Shown: positions 7,181-16,533, counted from the stretch's first letter. The stretch is 18,549 bases of DNA from Elainellaceae cyanobacterium (GCA_051117555.1 JBNPEG010000015.1:1-18549), one strand, 5' to 3'. Notes: a model not told the origin generated them from the sequence alone. Numbers and translations: made by a program.

Positions 7181-9256
7181 ATGCAACCTTCTTATTCGTT
7201 TATTGCCATCAGCATTGGTGCGGTGATTGCGATTAGTCCCTGCGAAGCAGCCGCATCGCACACTGTTTTTTCGCTCCATTCTTCTTCAGAAAGCGCGCAT
7301 GATGACGATCGCCAGAATTATCAGAATTATCAGATTAATTCAGCCCCATCGTTTGAGGATGAATTTTTTGTCCGTCGTTTGCAGCAAACAGCACGCCCAA
7401 CGCCTCCGAGTTCTACGATAGATGGGATAGAAGGCATTCGGCATGAAGCCCCACGCCCCACGGGAGGCGATCGCCTGGGCATTGCCAAACAGGTTCCATC
7501 GCATACTGAGCTAGCACAGGCATCCCCGGATGGCTCCGGCTCGGATGTTGACTCAGAACCTTCGATGGACGACCCAGCCATAGATTCTGGCGACGAACCG
7601 CCTTCACGTCCTATCACGGAGCCCCAACCCTTGCCGTCGGTTGAGGATGAGGTGGAGGGTGAACCCACAGTTGATGATCTTGACGATGAGCTCGAAGACG
7701 ATCTCGATCCAGACGATGACTTGGAGGCCGAACCCGACCTAAACGATGAGCTCGATCCCGATGCCGAACCAGACACCGATGATCTAGATATCGACGATGA
7801 GCCGTCGAGCGATCGCCCCTTCGAGGAGACCCTTGATCATCTTAATGCCAGCCCCAATCCCCTTACATTTCCGACTACCCCTGAAGAAGTCGAAATCATC
7901 GGCACTCAGCCCATTACCCTCGAAGAAGCAATTGAAGTTGCCCGGAGCAACAGTCGAGAACTCCAGGCTGCCCAGCTTCAGCTTGAGCAGAGTCGCGCGT
8001 CGCTGCGAGAAGCGCAAGCGGCTCGGTTTCCATCCCTCAGTGCTGGAGCAGATCTGACTCACCAAGACTTGAATTCTGCATCCGACCAAGGCGATACAGG
8101 AGATCTCGGGAGTGACCAATTTCTGCCACTTTTAGACGAGACGGGGCAGACTGTAGGCACACTCCCACTCGATGCGTTAACGGGGGAAGGAACCTTCGAT
8201 CGAGACGACAATACAACCACCCTCTCAGGAACTGTTGAGCTGAGCTATGACATCTTTACATCGGGGCAGCGGCGATCGCTAATTCGAGCAGCAGAACGAG
8301 CGGTACGCTTCCAAGAAATTCAGGTTGAGATTGCCCTCGAAGAATTGCGGCTCAATGTGACAAACTCCTACTACGACCTCCAAGAGGCTGATGAAAACGT
8401 CAGGATTGCTCGAAGCACGCTAGAAGAATCGCTGCGAAGCCTGCGGGATGCCGAAGCACGCGAACGAGCCGGTGTGGGCACTCGGTTTGATCGCCTCCAG
8501 GCAGAGGTTGACGTTGCCAACTCTCGACAAGATTTAAGAAACACCATTCGCGACCAGTTGACTGCCCGCCGCGCACTCGTTGAGCTGTTGAGCATCCCCC
8601 CTCGGATTGATGTGTCTGCAGCTGATCCCGTGGAGGTTGCAGGCGAATGGGGGCTAACGTTAGAAGAGAGCATCGTCCTTGCGCTAAAAAATCGGGGAGA
8701 ACTCGAGCAGCAGCTCGTTCAGCGCGAACTCAACGAGCAGCAACGCCGAGCTGAGCTTGCCAATGTGCGACCTCAACTTTCTGCATTTGCCCGATATCGT
8801 TTGCAAGACTTGCTCGATGATACCAATACCTCCAGTGACTTTGATGCATTTGAAGTCGGGCTACAAGTCAACTGGCTGCTGTTTGACGGGGGTGCGGCAC
8901 GGGCAGCTGCTCGACAAGAAGAAATTGATATTCGATTGGCCGAAACCGAGTTTGCGAACACGGCAGAAACGGTTCAGTTTGAAGTTGAGTCAGCGTATCT
9001 CGATTTGCAGGCCAACTTCAACAACATTGATACGGCAGCGATCGCCGTCGATCTAGCAGAAGAATCGCTGCGATTAGCGCGTCTGCGATTTCAGGCAGGA
9101 GTCGGAATTCAATCGGACGTGCTTCAAGCTCAGACTGATTTAACTGAGGCAGAAGTTAACTTAGTCAATGCTGTTCTTGGCTATAACCGGGCCTTGGTTG
9201 CACTTCAACGAGCCGTTAGCAACCTACCCAGTGGTTACTTGAATGATGTGCCTTAA
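7181..9256 (+). CDS. TolC-family outer-membrane efflux protein (HgdD-like) with long acidic N-terminal extension
   Basis: Signal-like MQPSYSFIAISIGAVIAIS. LNASPNPLTFPTTPEEV...ITLEEAIEVA start of the TolC fold, and two OEP repeats (ERAGVGTRFDRLQAEV; FQAGVGIQSDVLQAQ). Confidence 0.9.
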   Translation: MQPSYSFIAISIGAVIAISPCEAAASHTVFSLHSSSESAHDDDRQNYQNYQINSAPSFEDEFFVRRLQQTARPTPPSSTIDGIEGIRHEAPRPTGGDRLGIAKQVPSHTELAQASPDGSGSDVDSEPSMDDPAIDSGDEPPSRPITEPQPLPSVEDEVEGEPTVDDLDDELEDDLDPDDDLEAEPDLNDELDPDAEPDTDDLDIDDEPSSDRPFEETLDHLNASPNPLTFPTTPEEVEIIGTQPITLEEAIEVARSNSRELQAAQLQLEQSRASLREAQAARFPSLSAGADLTHQDLNSASDQGDTGDLGSDQFLPLLDETGQTVGTLPLDALTGEGTFDRDDNTTTLSGTVELSYDIFTSGQRRSLIRAAERAVRFQEIQVEIALEELRLNVTNSYYDLQEADENVRIARSTLEESLRSLRDAEARERAGVGTRFDRLQAEVDVANSRQDLRNTIRDQLTARRALVELLSIPPRIDVSAADPVEVAGEWGLTLEESIVLALKNRGELEQQLVQRELNEQQRRAELANVRPQLSAFARYRLQDLLDDTNTSSDFDAFEVGLQVNWLLFDGGAARAAARQEEIDIRLAETEFANTAETVQFEVESAYLDLQANFNNIDTAAIAVDLAEESLRLARLRFQAGVGIQSDVLQAQTDLTEAEVNLVNAVLGYNRALVALQRAVSNLPSGYLNDVP

Positions 9257-9409
9257 AAAAGATTGATCGCCACAACAGCCATTGCAGTAATCATAGAGCG
9301 ATCGCCCAACGCGTATTAAAGTCATCATCTCATCAAAACCGTTTTATTTTTTGAATAAACGTGCTATTGATCTATTAGCCACTATCCATAGTAGGTGAGT
9401 GTAAGCACA

Positions 9410-9486
9410 AGTCCTATATCTAGAGTTTGTGGAGTGAGTTCTTGCATCTGAAATCTTATAGGACTCGGCTCATTCAATAAGCTCTA
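9410..9486 (+). ncRNA. Candidate structured RNA/leader upstream of the small ORF
   Basis: Perfect 9-bp stem AGTCCTATA (9410-9418) / TATAGGACT (9457-9465). Loop segment TAGAGTTT (9421-9428) can pair with AAGCTCTA (9479-9486). Confidence 0.3.
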
Positions 9487-9547
9487 CGGTAGGGGTTCGT
9501 GCGTGGCGTTTGGATCGATTCTTGTAGTAATCTCCTCAGATAAATCT

Positions 9548-9751
9548 ATGAATTATCAAGAACAGCTCAATCCGTGGGTAGTGCACCAGCTATTGCCCAA
9601 TTTGACTCAGCAGACACTCGCTCGATTCCGTCGTCGAAATGAGGCAGACGCCTATCTCAGAGTCATGAAACAAATGCGCCCGCATCTGCGCTTTACCGTG
9701 GCATTCGAAGTTCAACCGTCATCAGGGAGAAACGTTCCGGCTGAAGGTTAG
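9548..9751 (+). CDS. Small basic hypothetical protein, 67 aa
   Basis: MNYQEQLNPWVVHQLLPNL...ARFRRRNEADAYLRVMKQMRP...FTVAFE resembles, from recall, a widespread cyanobacterial small-protein family. ATG 9548 preferred over GTG 9503. Confidence 0.7.
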   Translation: MNYQEQLNPWVVHQLLPNLTQQTLARFRRRNEADAYLRVMKQMRPHLRFTVAFEVQPSSGRNVPAEG

Positions 9752-9854
9752 GCAGGAACATAGCGTTAGCAGGCGGATGTGGTGTGATGATTCGAGCACG
9801 GTAGGCTTTATTAAGCAATTATCCTAGTGAGTGTGGTTACTATGATTTGAGACT

Positions 9855-11123
9855 GTGGAGAAGGCAACTCGACCCATCGAAAGCGGTGTCGGAAATCCAA
9901 CACTAGCCAGGTTGATAGCGCAACGCATAGGCGATCGCCCTTTTCATCGCATCACATTCGCTGAATTTATGAATCTGGTGCTCTATCATCCGCTGCACGG
10001 ATACTACACAGGGCACCAGCCCAACATTGGCGCCCAGGGCGATTTTGTCACTTCGCCCCATTTTGGGTCTGATTTTGGAGAACTGTTGGCTGAGCAAATT
10101 GTTCAAATGTGGCACCTCTTAGGTCAGCCATCCCCCTTTACCGTAGTTGAGATGGGAGGCGGGCAAGGCTTGCTAGTGCGAGACATCTTGCAGTATCTTC
10201 ACCGCCACCATTTTGAATGTTTTGATGCGCTCCACTATCGCGTCATTGAGCAATCCCAAACGCTCGTGATGGCTCAGCAGCGTCGGTTTGCCCCAATCAT
10301 CGAGCGATTTGGCAATCTCCAATGGACAACGTGGGACGATGTTCCACCGGATTCGATTGACGGATGCTATTTTTCAAATGAGCTAGTCGATTCGTTTCCA
10401 GTCCATCGCGTGATTCTACACGACGGGAATCTGTGTGAAATCTACGTCACGGTGGAGCAGCCATCAGCGTCACCCGATCAGACCCATCAAGCCAGTTCGT
10501 CGCTGCCTCGGTTCGTCGACGTGGTGGGTAAACTTTCAACTCCCAGAATTCAGAACTATTTTGATTTGGTTGGCATTGATTTGATGTCAGGCTCGTATCC
10601 AGACGGGTATCGGACAGAGGTCAATCTTGCAGCCCTCGACTGGATGCAAACCGTGAGCGATCGCCTCCATCGAGGCTATGTGCTGACCATTGACTATGGC
10701 TATTCTGCCCAACGATACTACAGCCCAGCCCGATCGGACGGAACATTGCAGTGCTATTATCAGCAATTTCACCATGACGATCCCTACCAATATATAGGGC
10801 TGCAAGATCTAACCGCCCACGTCGATTTTACGGCTCTCGAGCGCCAAGGCGATCGCTGCGGGCTGCACACCGTCGGGTTTACCCAGCAAGGGCTTTTTCT
10901 CATGGCACTCGGCTTGGGCGATCGCATTGCAGCGTTGTCTAATCCTGATCCGGCATTGAATTGGACGATTAATGACATCCTACGCCGTCGAGAAGCTCTC
11001 CATGCTCTGATGAATCCAATGGGGCTAGGAAACTTCGGGGTTCTCATTCAGAGCAAGGGGGTGAATGATAAAGACGCATCGCACCCCCTAAAAGGGCTTA
11101 ACATTCCACCGCTCGGTGTCTAA
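9855..11123 (+). CDS. Class I SAM-dependent methyltransferase, MidA/NDUFAF7 family
   Basis: ITFAEFMNLVLYHP..GYY, GDFVTSP, VEMGGGQG, SNELVDSFP, IDYG and DLTAHVDF motifs. Confidence 0.92.
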   Translation: MEKATRPIESGVGNPTLARLIAQRIGDRPFHRITFAEFMNLVLYHPLHGYYTGHQPNIGAQGDFVTSPHFGSDFGELLAEQIVQMWHLLGQPSPFTVVEMGGGQGLLVRDILQYLHRHHFECFDALHYRVIEQSQTLVMAQQRRFAPIIERFGNLQWTTWDDVPPDSIDGCYFSNELVDSFPVHRVILHDGNLCEIYVTVEQPSASPDQTHQASSSLPRFVDVVGKLSTPRIQNYFDLVGIDLMSGSYPDGYRTEVNLAALDWMQTVSDRLHRGYVLTIDYGYSAQRYYSPARSDGTLQCYYQQFHHDDPYQYIGLQDLTAHVDFTALERQGDRCGLHTVGFTQQGLFLMALGLGDRIAALSNPDPALNWTINDILRRREALHALMNPMGLGNFGVLIQSKGVNDKDASHPLKGLNIPPLGV

Positions 11124-11143
11124 TGTGAATGCTCGATTAGACC

Positions 11144-11432
11144 TATAGCTGTACGCTCTCGCGTTAGGACGTTGAACGTGTGGTGAGCCCCCGCGGAGTA
11201 TGCGTTTAGCGCATGGGTGAGATCCCCCGCTGTCGCTGCCCCCTTAAAAAGGAGGCTATTTACGTGTGAAGTCCCCCTTTTCAAGGGGGATTTAGGGGGA
11301 TCTCTAGGGCGTTATGCTAAATACATACGCGCCGTGGGGGCTCACCACACAAACCTAAGCCCGTAGGTCTATACCTGCTACTGCGTTGCTTCAGCTATTT
11401 GAGTTTTCCTAACGCACGCGTCACTGGCTGTG
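11144..11432. repeat. Nested inverted-repeat complex between convergent genes
   Basis: Outer TATAGC-N13-GTTAGGA / TCCTAAC-N13-GCTGTG. 19-bp IR at 11178-11196 / 11332-11350. The 131-bp element lies inside. Confidence 0.7.
11198..11328. mobile_element. 131-bp non-autonomous inverted-repeat element, copy 2
   Basis: GTATGCGTTTAGCG...TGCTAAATACATAC. Same length and orientation as 445-575, with scattered substitutions and indels. Confidence 0.8.
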
Positions 11433-11437
11433 CATCG

Positions 11438-12058
11438 CTAGCGAATTTCTGCTAGCACATCGTCAGGGATAAGCACCCGATCGATGATATGAATCACACC
11501 GTTACTCGCTTCGATATCTTCCTCAATCACACGAGCCCCATTCACATACACGTTGCCTCCCCTGGAGCTGAGCTCTAATTCGCTCCGCTCTAGGCTTCTA
11601 TAAGAGGTAGTGCTGGTCACATCATCGGTTTCAATGGGCTCGGTAGACGCAATCACGTGATAGGCTAACACACGCGCCATCAGTTCGCGATCGCTTGCCA
11701 ATGCCTGAAATACATTAGCAGGAATTTCGCGAAAGGCGTTATCGGTCGGCGCAAACACGGTGAACCGTCCATATCCTCGCAAATCTTCTGCCATTCCTAA
11801 CTCTTCAAGTAAGCCAATCATGGTGCTGAGTGACCCCTGAGTAACGGCAGTATCAACGATATCTTGGCTTTGTGCAACCATGAGAGATTGATGAGTGGCG
11901 ATCGCCTCCGTCGGCTGATCCACCCTCATTGAATCTGCTAAATTTTGAGGTGCTGCTGTGCCAGGAATCGACACCACACTAGATAACACCGCTGCTGCAC
12001 CTGCGTACCCTATTCGTCGAAAGGACTTGCCATATTTCGAAATTTGAATGGTGGACAT
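11438..12058 (-). CDS. Fasciclin (FAS1) domain protein, probably secreted
   Basis: DIVDTA, FTVFAPTDNAF, LAYHVI and DIEASNGVIHIIDRVLIP motifs, with an N-terminal signal-like stretch. Confidence 0.92.
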   Translation of the reverse strand: MSTIQISKYGKSFRRIGYAGAAAVLSSVVSIPGTAAPQNLADSMRVDQPTEAIATHQSLMVAQSQDIVDTAVTQGSLSTMIGLLEELGMAEDLRGYGRFTVFAPTDNAFREIPANVFQALASDRELMARVLAYHVIASTEPIETDDVTSTTSYRSLERSELELSSRGGNVYVNGARVIEEDIEASNGVIHIIDRVLIPDDVLAEIR

Positions 12059-12105
12059 GGTTAATACCGTTTTTAAGAACTGTTTGAGTTGAATGGCTCG
12101 TTAAT

Positions 12106-12157
12106 GCGTTTAACTGAAGCGTTTAACCGAAGCGTTTAACTGAAGCATTTAACTGAA
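12106..12157. repeat. 4x 13-bp tandem repeat GCGTTTAACTGAA
   Basis: Units at 12106, 12119, 12132 and 12145. Confidence 0.92.
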
Positions 12158-12189
12158 ACATAGAAGGCAGGAGCCTGTCCTGCCTATGT
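12158..12189 (-). terminator. Hairpin downstream of acs (possible terminator or stabiliser)
   Basis: AGGCAGGA (12165-12172) / TCCTGCCT (12178-12185), extendable with ACAT/ATGT. Only a weak U-tract. Confidence 0.5.
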
Positions 12190-12225
12190 CATAGATTAAT
12201 TGTGAATGATTCCCAGGATTAACGA

Positions 12226-14196
12226 CTAAGCACCGCCTCTCAATTTGTCTAAGACTGTCCGATCTTCAAGAGTTGACGTGTCTCCTGAGATTGCCTCGCC
12301 ACTTGCCAATGAGCGAAGTAAACGGCGCATAATCTTGCCGGAGCGAGTCTTGGGCAGGGCATCGCTAAATTGAATGTCTCCCGGACGGGCGATCGCCCCA
12401 ATTTCCTGAACGACATGCTTTCGAAGCTCGTCCTTCAGTGCCTCGCTAGGAGATACCTCGGCTTCTAGGGTTACAAACGCGAAAATTTCTTGCCCTTTGA
12501 TTTCATCAAGTTTGCCCACTACAGCTGCTTCTGCAACCGCTGGGTGAGACACTAGAGCCGATTCAATCTCCATGGTGCCAAGCCGATGACCTGAGACATT
12601 GATCACGTCATCAACGCGACCCATCACCCAAAAGTAGCCGTCTTCATCTCGACGCGCTCCGTCTCCAGCAAAGTAAACATAGTGACCCTCTTTGGGCGGA
12701 ATATGTTCCCAATACGTCCGGCGAAACCGGTCGGGATCGCCATACACCGTTCGCATCATGCCAGGCCACGGGTGTTTGATAACGAGATAGCCGCCCTCGT
12801 TATCGCCGACGGGATTGCCGTCTAAGTCAACCACATCGGCCAAAATGCCGGGGAAGGGACGAGTCGCAGAACCAGGCTTGGTAGGAATGGCACCGGGTAG
12901 CGGCGTGAGCATATGGCCACCTGTTTCGGTTTGCCACCAGGTATCAACAATGGGGCAATTGCCTCCCCCAATAACCCGGTGATACCACATCCACGCTTCG
13001 GGGTTAATCGGTTCACCGACCGTTCCGAGCAGCCTCAGCGACGAAAGATTTCGCGCCTTTGGAAGATGTTCGCCCATTTTAATCCAGGCGCGAATGGCGG
13101 TTGGCGCAGTGTAGAACACGTTCACACCGTATTTTTCGACAATATCCCATACACAGCCTGGATTCGACGGACGAGTCACGCCTTCATACATGAGGCTCGT
13201 CGCACCATTAGAGAGGGGGCCATACACAATGTAGCTGTGCCCTGTAATCCAACCTACGTCTGCCGTACACCAATATACGTCAGTGTCTTTGATGTCAAAT
13301 ACCCATTGGGTTGTCATGTGGGTATATAAGCTATAGCCTCCCGTTGTATGAACGACGCCTTTGGGCTTACCGGTGCTGCCTGATGTATGAAGAATAAACA
13401 ATAGGTCTTCACTGTCCATCGGCTCTGCCGGACAATTTGCCGATGCGCCTTGCTGGAGATCATGCCACCAGTGGTCGCGCCCCGGTTCCATTTGAGTGGT
13501 TTGCTGAGTGCGCTTGACGACGAGCACATTTTCGACGGTTGGGGCAGCATTATTGTCGAGTGCTCTATCAACCTGCTCTTTGAGCGGCACAATCTTGTCT
13601 TTGCGGAAGCCCCCATCCGCCGTGACGACCAGCTTTGCATTTCCATCGACAAGGCGATCGCGCAATGCTTCAGCGCTAAACCCGCCAAACACGACCGTAT
13701 GGGGTGCACCGATTCGGGAACACGCCAACATGGCGATCGCCGCTTCTGGAATCATCGGCATGTAGATTCCGACAACATCACCTTTCTGAACTCCTAGCTG
13801 CTTTAGCACATTGGCAAACTGACACACCTCACGGTGAAGCTGCGCGTAGGTGAGAACCCGTGAATCGCCCGGTTCGCCCTCCCAAATGAGAGCCGCTTTG
13901 TTGCGTCGCCAGGTTGTCAGGTGGCGATCGAGACAGTTATATGAAATATTAATTTTGCCGTTGACAAACCACTTCGCGAAGGGAGGTTGCCAATCTAAAA
14001 CCGTGTCCCAAGTCTGAAACCAGTGGAGTTCTTGTTCTGCAAGTTCTGCCCAAAACGCCTCTGGATCGGCCTTTGCTCGCTCATAAATTTGCTCATAGTC
14101 TTGCAGACTCGAAATATGCGCATTTTGAGCAAAGCTAGCAGGCGGATTAAATAAACGCTTTTCTTGAAGGATTGATTCAATCGTGGCGTGTGTCAT
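12226..14196 (-). CDS. acs: Acetyl-CoA synthetase (acetate--CoA ligase), 656 aa
   Basis: [47 protein letters not shown] and [12 protein letters not shown] motifs. Likely start [14 protein letters not shown] at 14196. Confidence 0.96.
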   Translation of the reverse strand: MTHATIESILQEKRLFNPPASFAQNAHISSLQDYEQIYERAKADPEAFWAELAEQELHWFQTWDTVLDWQPPFAKWFVNGKINISYNCLDRHLTTWRRNKAALIWEGEPGDSRVLTYAQLHREVCQFANVLKQLGVQKGDVVGIYMPMIPEAAIAMLACSRIGAPHTVVFGGFSAEALRDRLVDGNAKLVVTADGGFRKDKIVPLKEQVDRALDNNAAPTVENVLVVKRTQQTTQMEPGRDHWWHDLQQGASANCPAEPMDSEDLLFILHTSGSTGKPKGVVHTTGGYSLYTHMTTQWVFDIKDTDVYWCTADVGWITGHSYIVYGPLSNGATSLMYEGVTRPSNPGCVWDIVEKYGVNVFYTAPTAIRAWIKMGEHLPKARNLSSLRLLGTVGEPINPEAWMWYHRVIGGGNCPIVDTWWQTETGGHMLTPLPGAIPTKPGSATRPFPGILADVVDLDGNPVGDNEGGYLVIKHPWPGMMRTVYGDPDRFRRTYWEHIPPKEGHYVYFAGDGARRDEDGYFWVMGRVDDVINVSGHRLGTMEIESALVSHPAVAEAAVVGKLDEIKGQEIFAFVTLEAEVSPSEALKDELRKHVVQEIGAIARPGDIQFSDALPKTRSGKIMRRLLRSLASGEAISGDTSTLEDRTVLDKLRGGA

Positions 14197-14310
14197 AGGT
14201 TGTGTGGGTCTGACGATAAATGCTGAACTGTTGGTTGTTGTTAATGCTACCTTTCCAAAACATACGAGGTTTTGGCTCATTTATGTCCAAGTTAGAATTT
14301 CTTTAAGCTT

Positions 14311-14349
14311 TTGAGTGCAGAAATTGAGTGCAGAAATTGAGTGCAGAAA
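14311..14349. repeat. 3x perfect 13-bp tandem repeat TTGAGTGCAGAAA in a divergent promoter region
   Basis: Units at 14311, 14324 and 14337. Confidence 0.93.
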
Positions 14350-14484
14350 TAGGGGCGATCGCTCGAAATGGTCTCCTCTCGAAATACTCTGACCAATAAT
14401 TTTTGTGGCATCCGTTTGCCTAAGCTCGAGTAATTGCGCTATATCATGGGCGTTATCTACGAATAAAATGGTGTTAGCAAATCT

Positions 14485-15480
14485 ATGCTCTTCATCACGA
14501 ATCGCGTCTTAAACGAAGGCCCCACCCCTCAAAATCCTGATGGGTCTTACACCGTCCCTCGTTCTATTAGTTTTGATTTCAAGAATAACCAAGCCGAACA
14601 ATCGGTTTACTTTTGCCGCCGCGACGCCAGCAATCGCTATCAGGAAATTGGCGGCCTAGCCTTCTTCGATGAGCTAAAAATGGCAAACGCCGATCAGCTG
14701 TTGTTCTACATACACGGGTTTTCTAGCCTGCCCGAACCAGCCATCTTCCCGACGACTCAAGAACTGCAAGACCTGTGCGATCGCAAAGATACTCCTAGAA
14801 TTCTTGTGATTCCAATCATCTGGCCCTGCGATGATGATTTTGGCATGGTTAAAGATTATTTCGATGATCAAGTGGCTGCGGATGCCAGCGGCTTTGCTTT
14901 TTCTCGGTTATTGGAGAAATTCTTGGCGTGGCGAGAGGTGGAAAGCACCCTCGAAGACCCTTGCATTAAGCGAATCAACGTCTTGGCCCATTCAATGGGC
15001 AATCGTGTCTTGCGAGGGGCGCTCCATATTTCAGCGAGTTATCATCATCCGACCGGCATTCCAATGATTTTCCGCAACATTTTTATGGCGGCTGCCGATG
15101 TCGAAAATACTAGCCTTGACCTTGGAAATGTCGGTGAACATATTGTCGAATCGGCACGCAATGTAGTGGTTTATTATGCGGCTGATGACTTGGCGATGCG
15201 AGCTAGTAAGGTCGCCAATATGCGGGTGACCTCTCGCCGGCTGGGGCATACCGGCCCCCGAGATATGGACAAGGTCGGGCGAAACACCTATGCCATTGAC
15301 TGTGGAGATTTTAATAATACCTATGATGACCCGGCTGGGCATGGCTACTTCGCAAGCGATCCAGAGGGCAATTCGGGATTAGTGTTTGATCATCTGTGGG
15401 AATGCCTGCGCATGGGACGAGTCCCGCTGGAAGACGGACAGATACGAGTTCAAATTCTAAGCTATCGATACTGGGAGTGA
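14485..15480 (+). CDS. Alpha/beta hydrolase, DUF900-like
   Basis: MLFITNR start, YIHGF oxyanion motif, AHSMG nucleophile elbow, MAAADV, DDLAM..S, RLGHTG and C-terminal GHGYF. Confidence 0.85.
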   Translation: MLFITNRVLNEGPTPQNPDGSYTVPRSISFDFKNNQAEQSVYFCRRDASNRYQEIGGLAFFDELKMANADQLLFYIHGFSSLPEPAIFPTTQELQDLCDRKDTPRILVIPIIWPCDDDFGMVKDYFDDQVAADASGFAFSRLLEKFLAWREVESTLEDPCIKRINVLAHSMGNRVLRGALHISASYHHPTGIPMIFRNIFMAAADVENTSLDLGNVGEHIVESARNVVVYYAADDLAMRASKVANMRVTSRRLGHTGPRDMDKVGRNTYAIDCGDFNNTYDDPAGHGYFASDPEGNSGLVFDHLWECLRMGRVPLEDGQIRVQILSYRYWE

Positions 15481-15516
15481 TACCAATCATCCCTAATCGA
15501 AAATTGGTATCACTCC
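15474..15516. terminator. 14-bp perfect inverted repeat between convergent genes
   Basis: GGAGTGATACCAAT (15474-15487) / ATTGGTATCACTCC (15503-15516), 15-nt loop. The left arm contains the hydrolase stop codon. Confidence 0.55.
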
Positions 15517-15546
15517 GTCCTTGCATGCCCTGATTGAGTCTGTCTT

Positions 15547-16260
15547 CTAGGGAGGATAGGTTCCCTCGACAGCAATCCAACCGTTTTCGACGCGTTGGAA
15601 CAGCGGACACTTAATCGGGGCGCGAACGAGATCAACCCATTTAGGCGCGATCGCCCTCAATTTGTCGACCCATACATTGGTTTCTTTCACAGCCGCGACG
15701 ATGCCAATTACATTAGCTCCAATCTTCTCCATCAGCTGCAATTCGGCGGAGATGGTTCCCCCGGTGCTAATTACATCTTCAACGAGCAAAACGCGCTTGC
15801 CGTCTAATCTTTCTAATAATTTGGGGTCAATATAGACGGTTTTTGGCTTGATGGGGCTAGTGATTGATCGCACGGGCACCGATAGCTCATCGTCGTACCA
15901 GAATTTGCGGGAGTAGCCGAGGGGCACATAGCGATCATGGCCTAGCTTTTTCGCCACCGATGATGCATAGACCATGCCGAGGGTGGGCATGCCTACGACA
16001 ACTTCGGGTGTCAGTTCTGCTGCGATCGCCGCCATGTGAGTCGAGAGGCAATCTTCAACGGCAAATGAGGTTTGATTAGAACATAAAAAGGCGATCGCCG
16101 TCTTAAAATCAGGCGGCAATGGCAGAAACGGTAATTCTAAATAGTTGCCATCCGGCAATTGACAGGGAAATGCGTCTTGATAGGGCGAGTCAGGGAATTC
16201 CGATAATTCAGCCGCAGGAATGAACCGTTCTCGGTAATACCCGTTGTCAATCACACGCAT
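15547..16260 (-). CDS. Type I phosphoribosyltransferase (adenine/purine PRT-like)
   Basis: PRPP-binding VLLVEDVISTGGT, plus VVGMPTLG and GYSRKFWY. Confidence 0.85.
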   Translation of the reverse strand: MRVIDNGYYRERFIPAAELSEFPDSPYQDAFPCQLPDGNYLELPFLPLPPDFKTAIAFLCSNQTSFAVEDCLSTHMAAIAAELTPEVVVGMPTLGMVYASSVAKKLGHDRYVPLGYSRKFWYDDELSVPVRSITSPIKPKTVYIDPKLLERLDGKRVLLVEDVISTGGTISAELQLMEKIGANVIGIVAAVKETNVWVDKLRAIAPKWVDLVRAPIKCPLFQRVENGWIAVEGTYPP

Positions 16261-16359
16261 GATATGTTGTCCACCTATTCAACCCAATACACTCGCCACC
16301 CATCCGGCTGTGACACCAATTCTTCAAAGCAGGACTATAGATAAACAGGTTGGAATCGA

Positions 16360-16511
16360 ATCAGGGCTTGTGCCCGTTCATCCAAAATCCAAAATCCAAA
16401 ATCCGATCAGGGCCTGTGCCAGTTCATCCAAAATCCAAAATCCAAAATCCAAAATCCGATCAGGGCTTGTGCCCGTCCATCCAAAATCCAAAATCCAAAA
16501 TCCAAAATCGG
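16360..16511. repeat. Composite tandem repeat, 3 units of [20-bp hairpin head + (ATCCAAA)3-4]
   Basis: Heads ATCAGGGCTTGTGCCCGTTC (with variants) at 16360, 16406 and 16459, followed by 3, 4 and 4 heptamers. Confidence 0.95.
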
Positions 16512-16533
16512 GATGATCCTGACAACCCCGCGA

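Noticed and set aside
7330..7776. 148-aa Ser-rich minus-strand ORF
   Set aside because: Antisense shadow of the GAC/GAT/GAG-rich acidic TolC arm.
14197..14280. 28-aa N-terminal extension of Acs
   Set aside because: Similarity to cyanobacterial Acs begins at [10 protein letters not shown] (14196). The upstream in-frame ATG is probably fortuitous.
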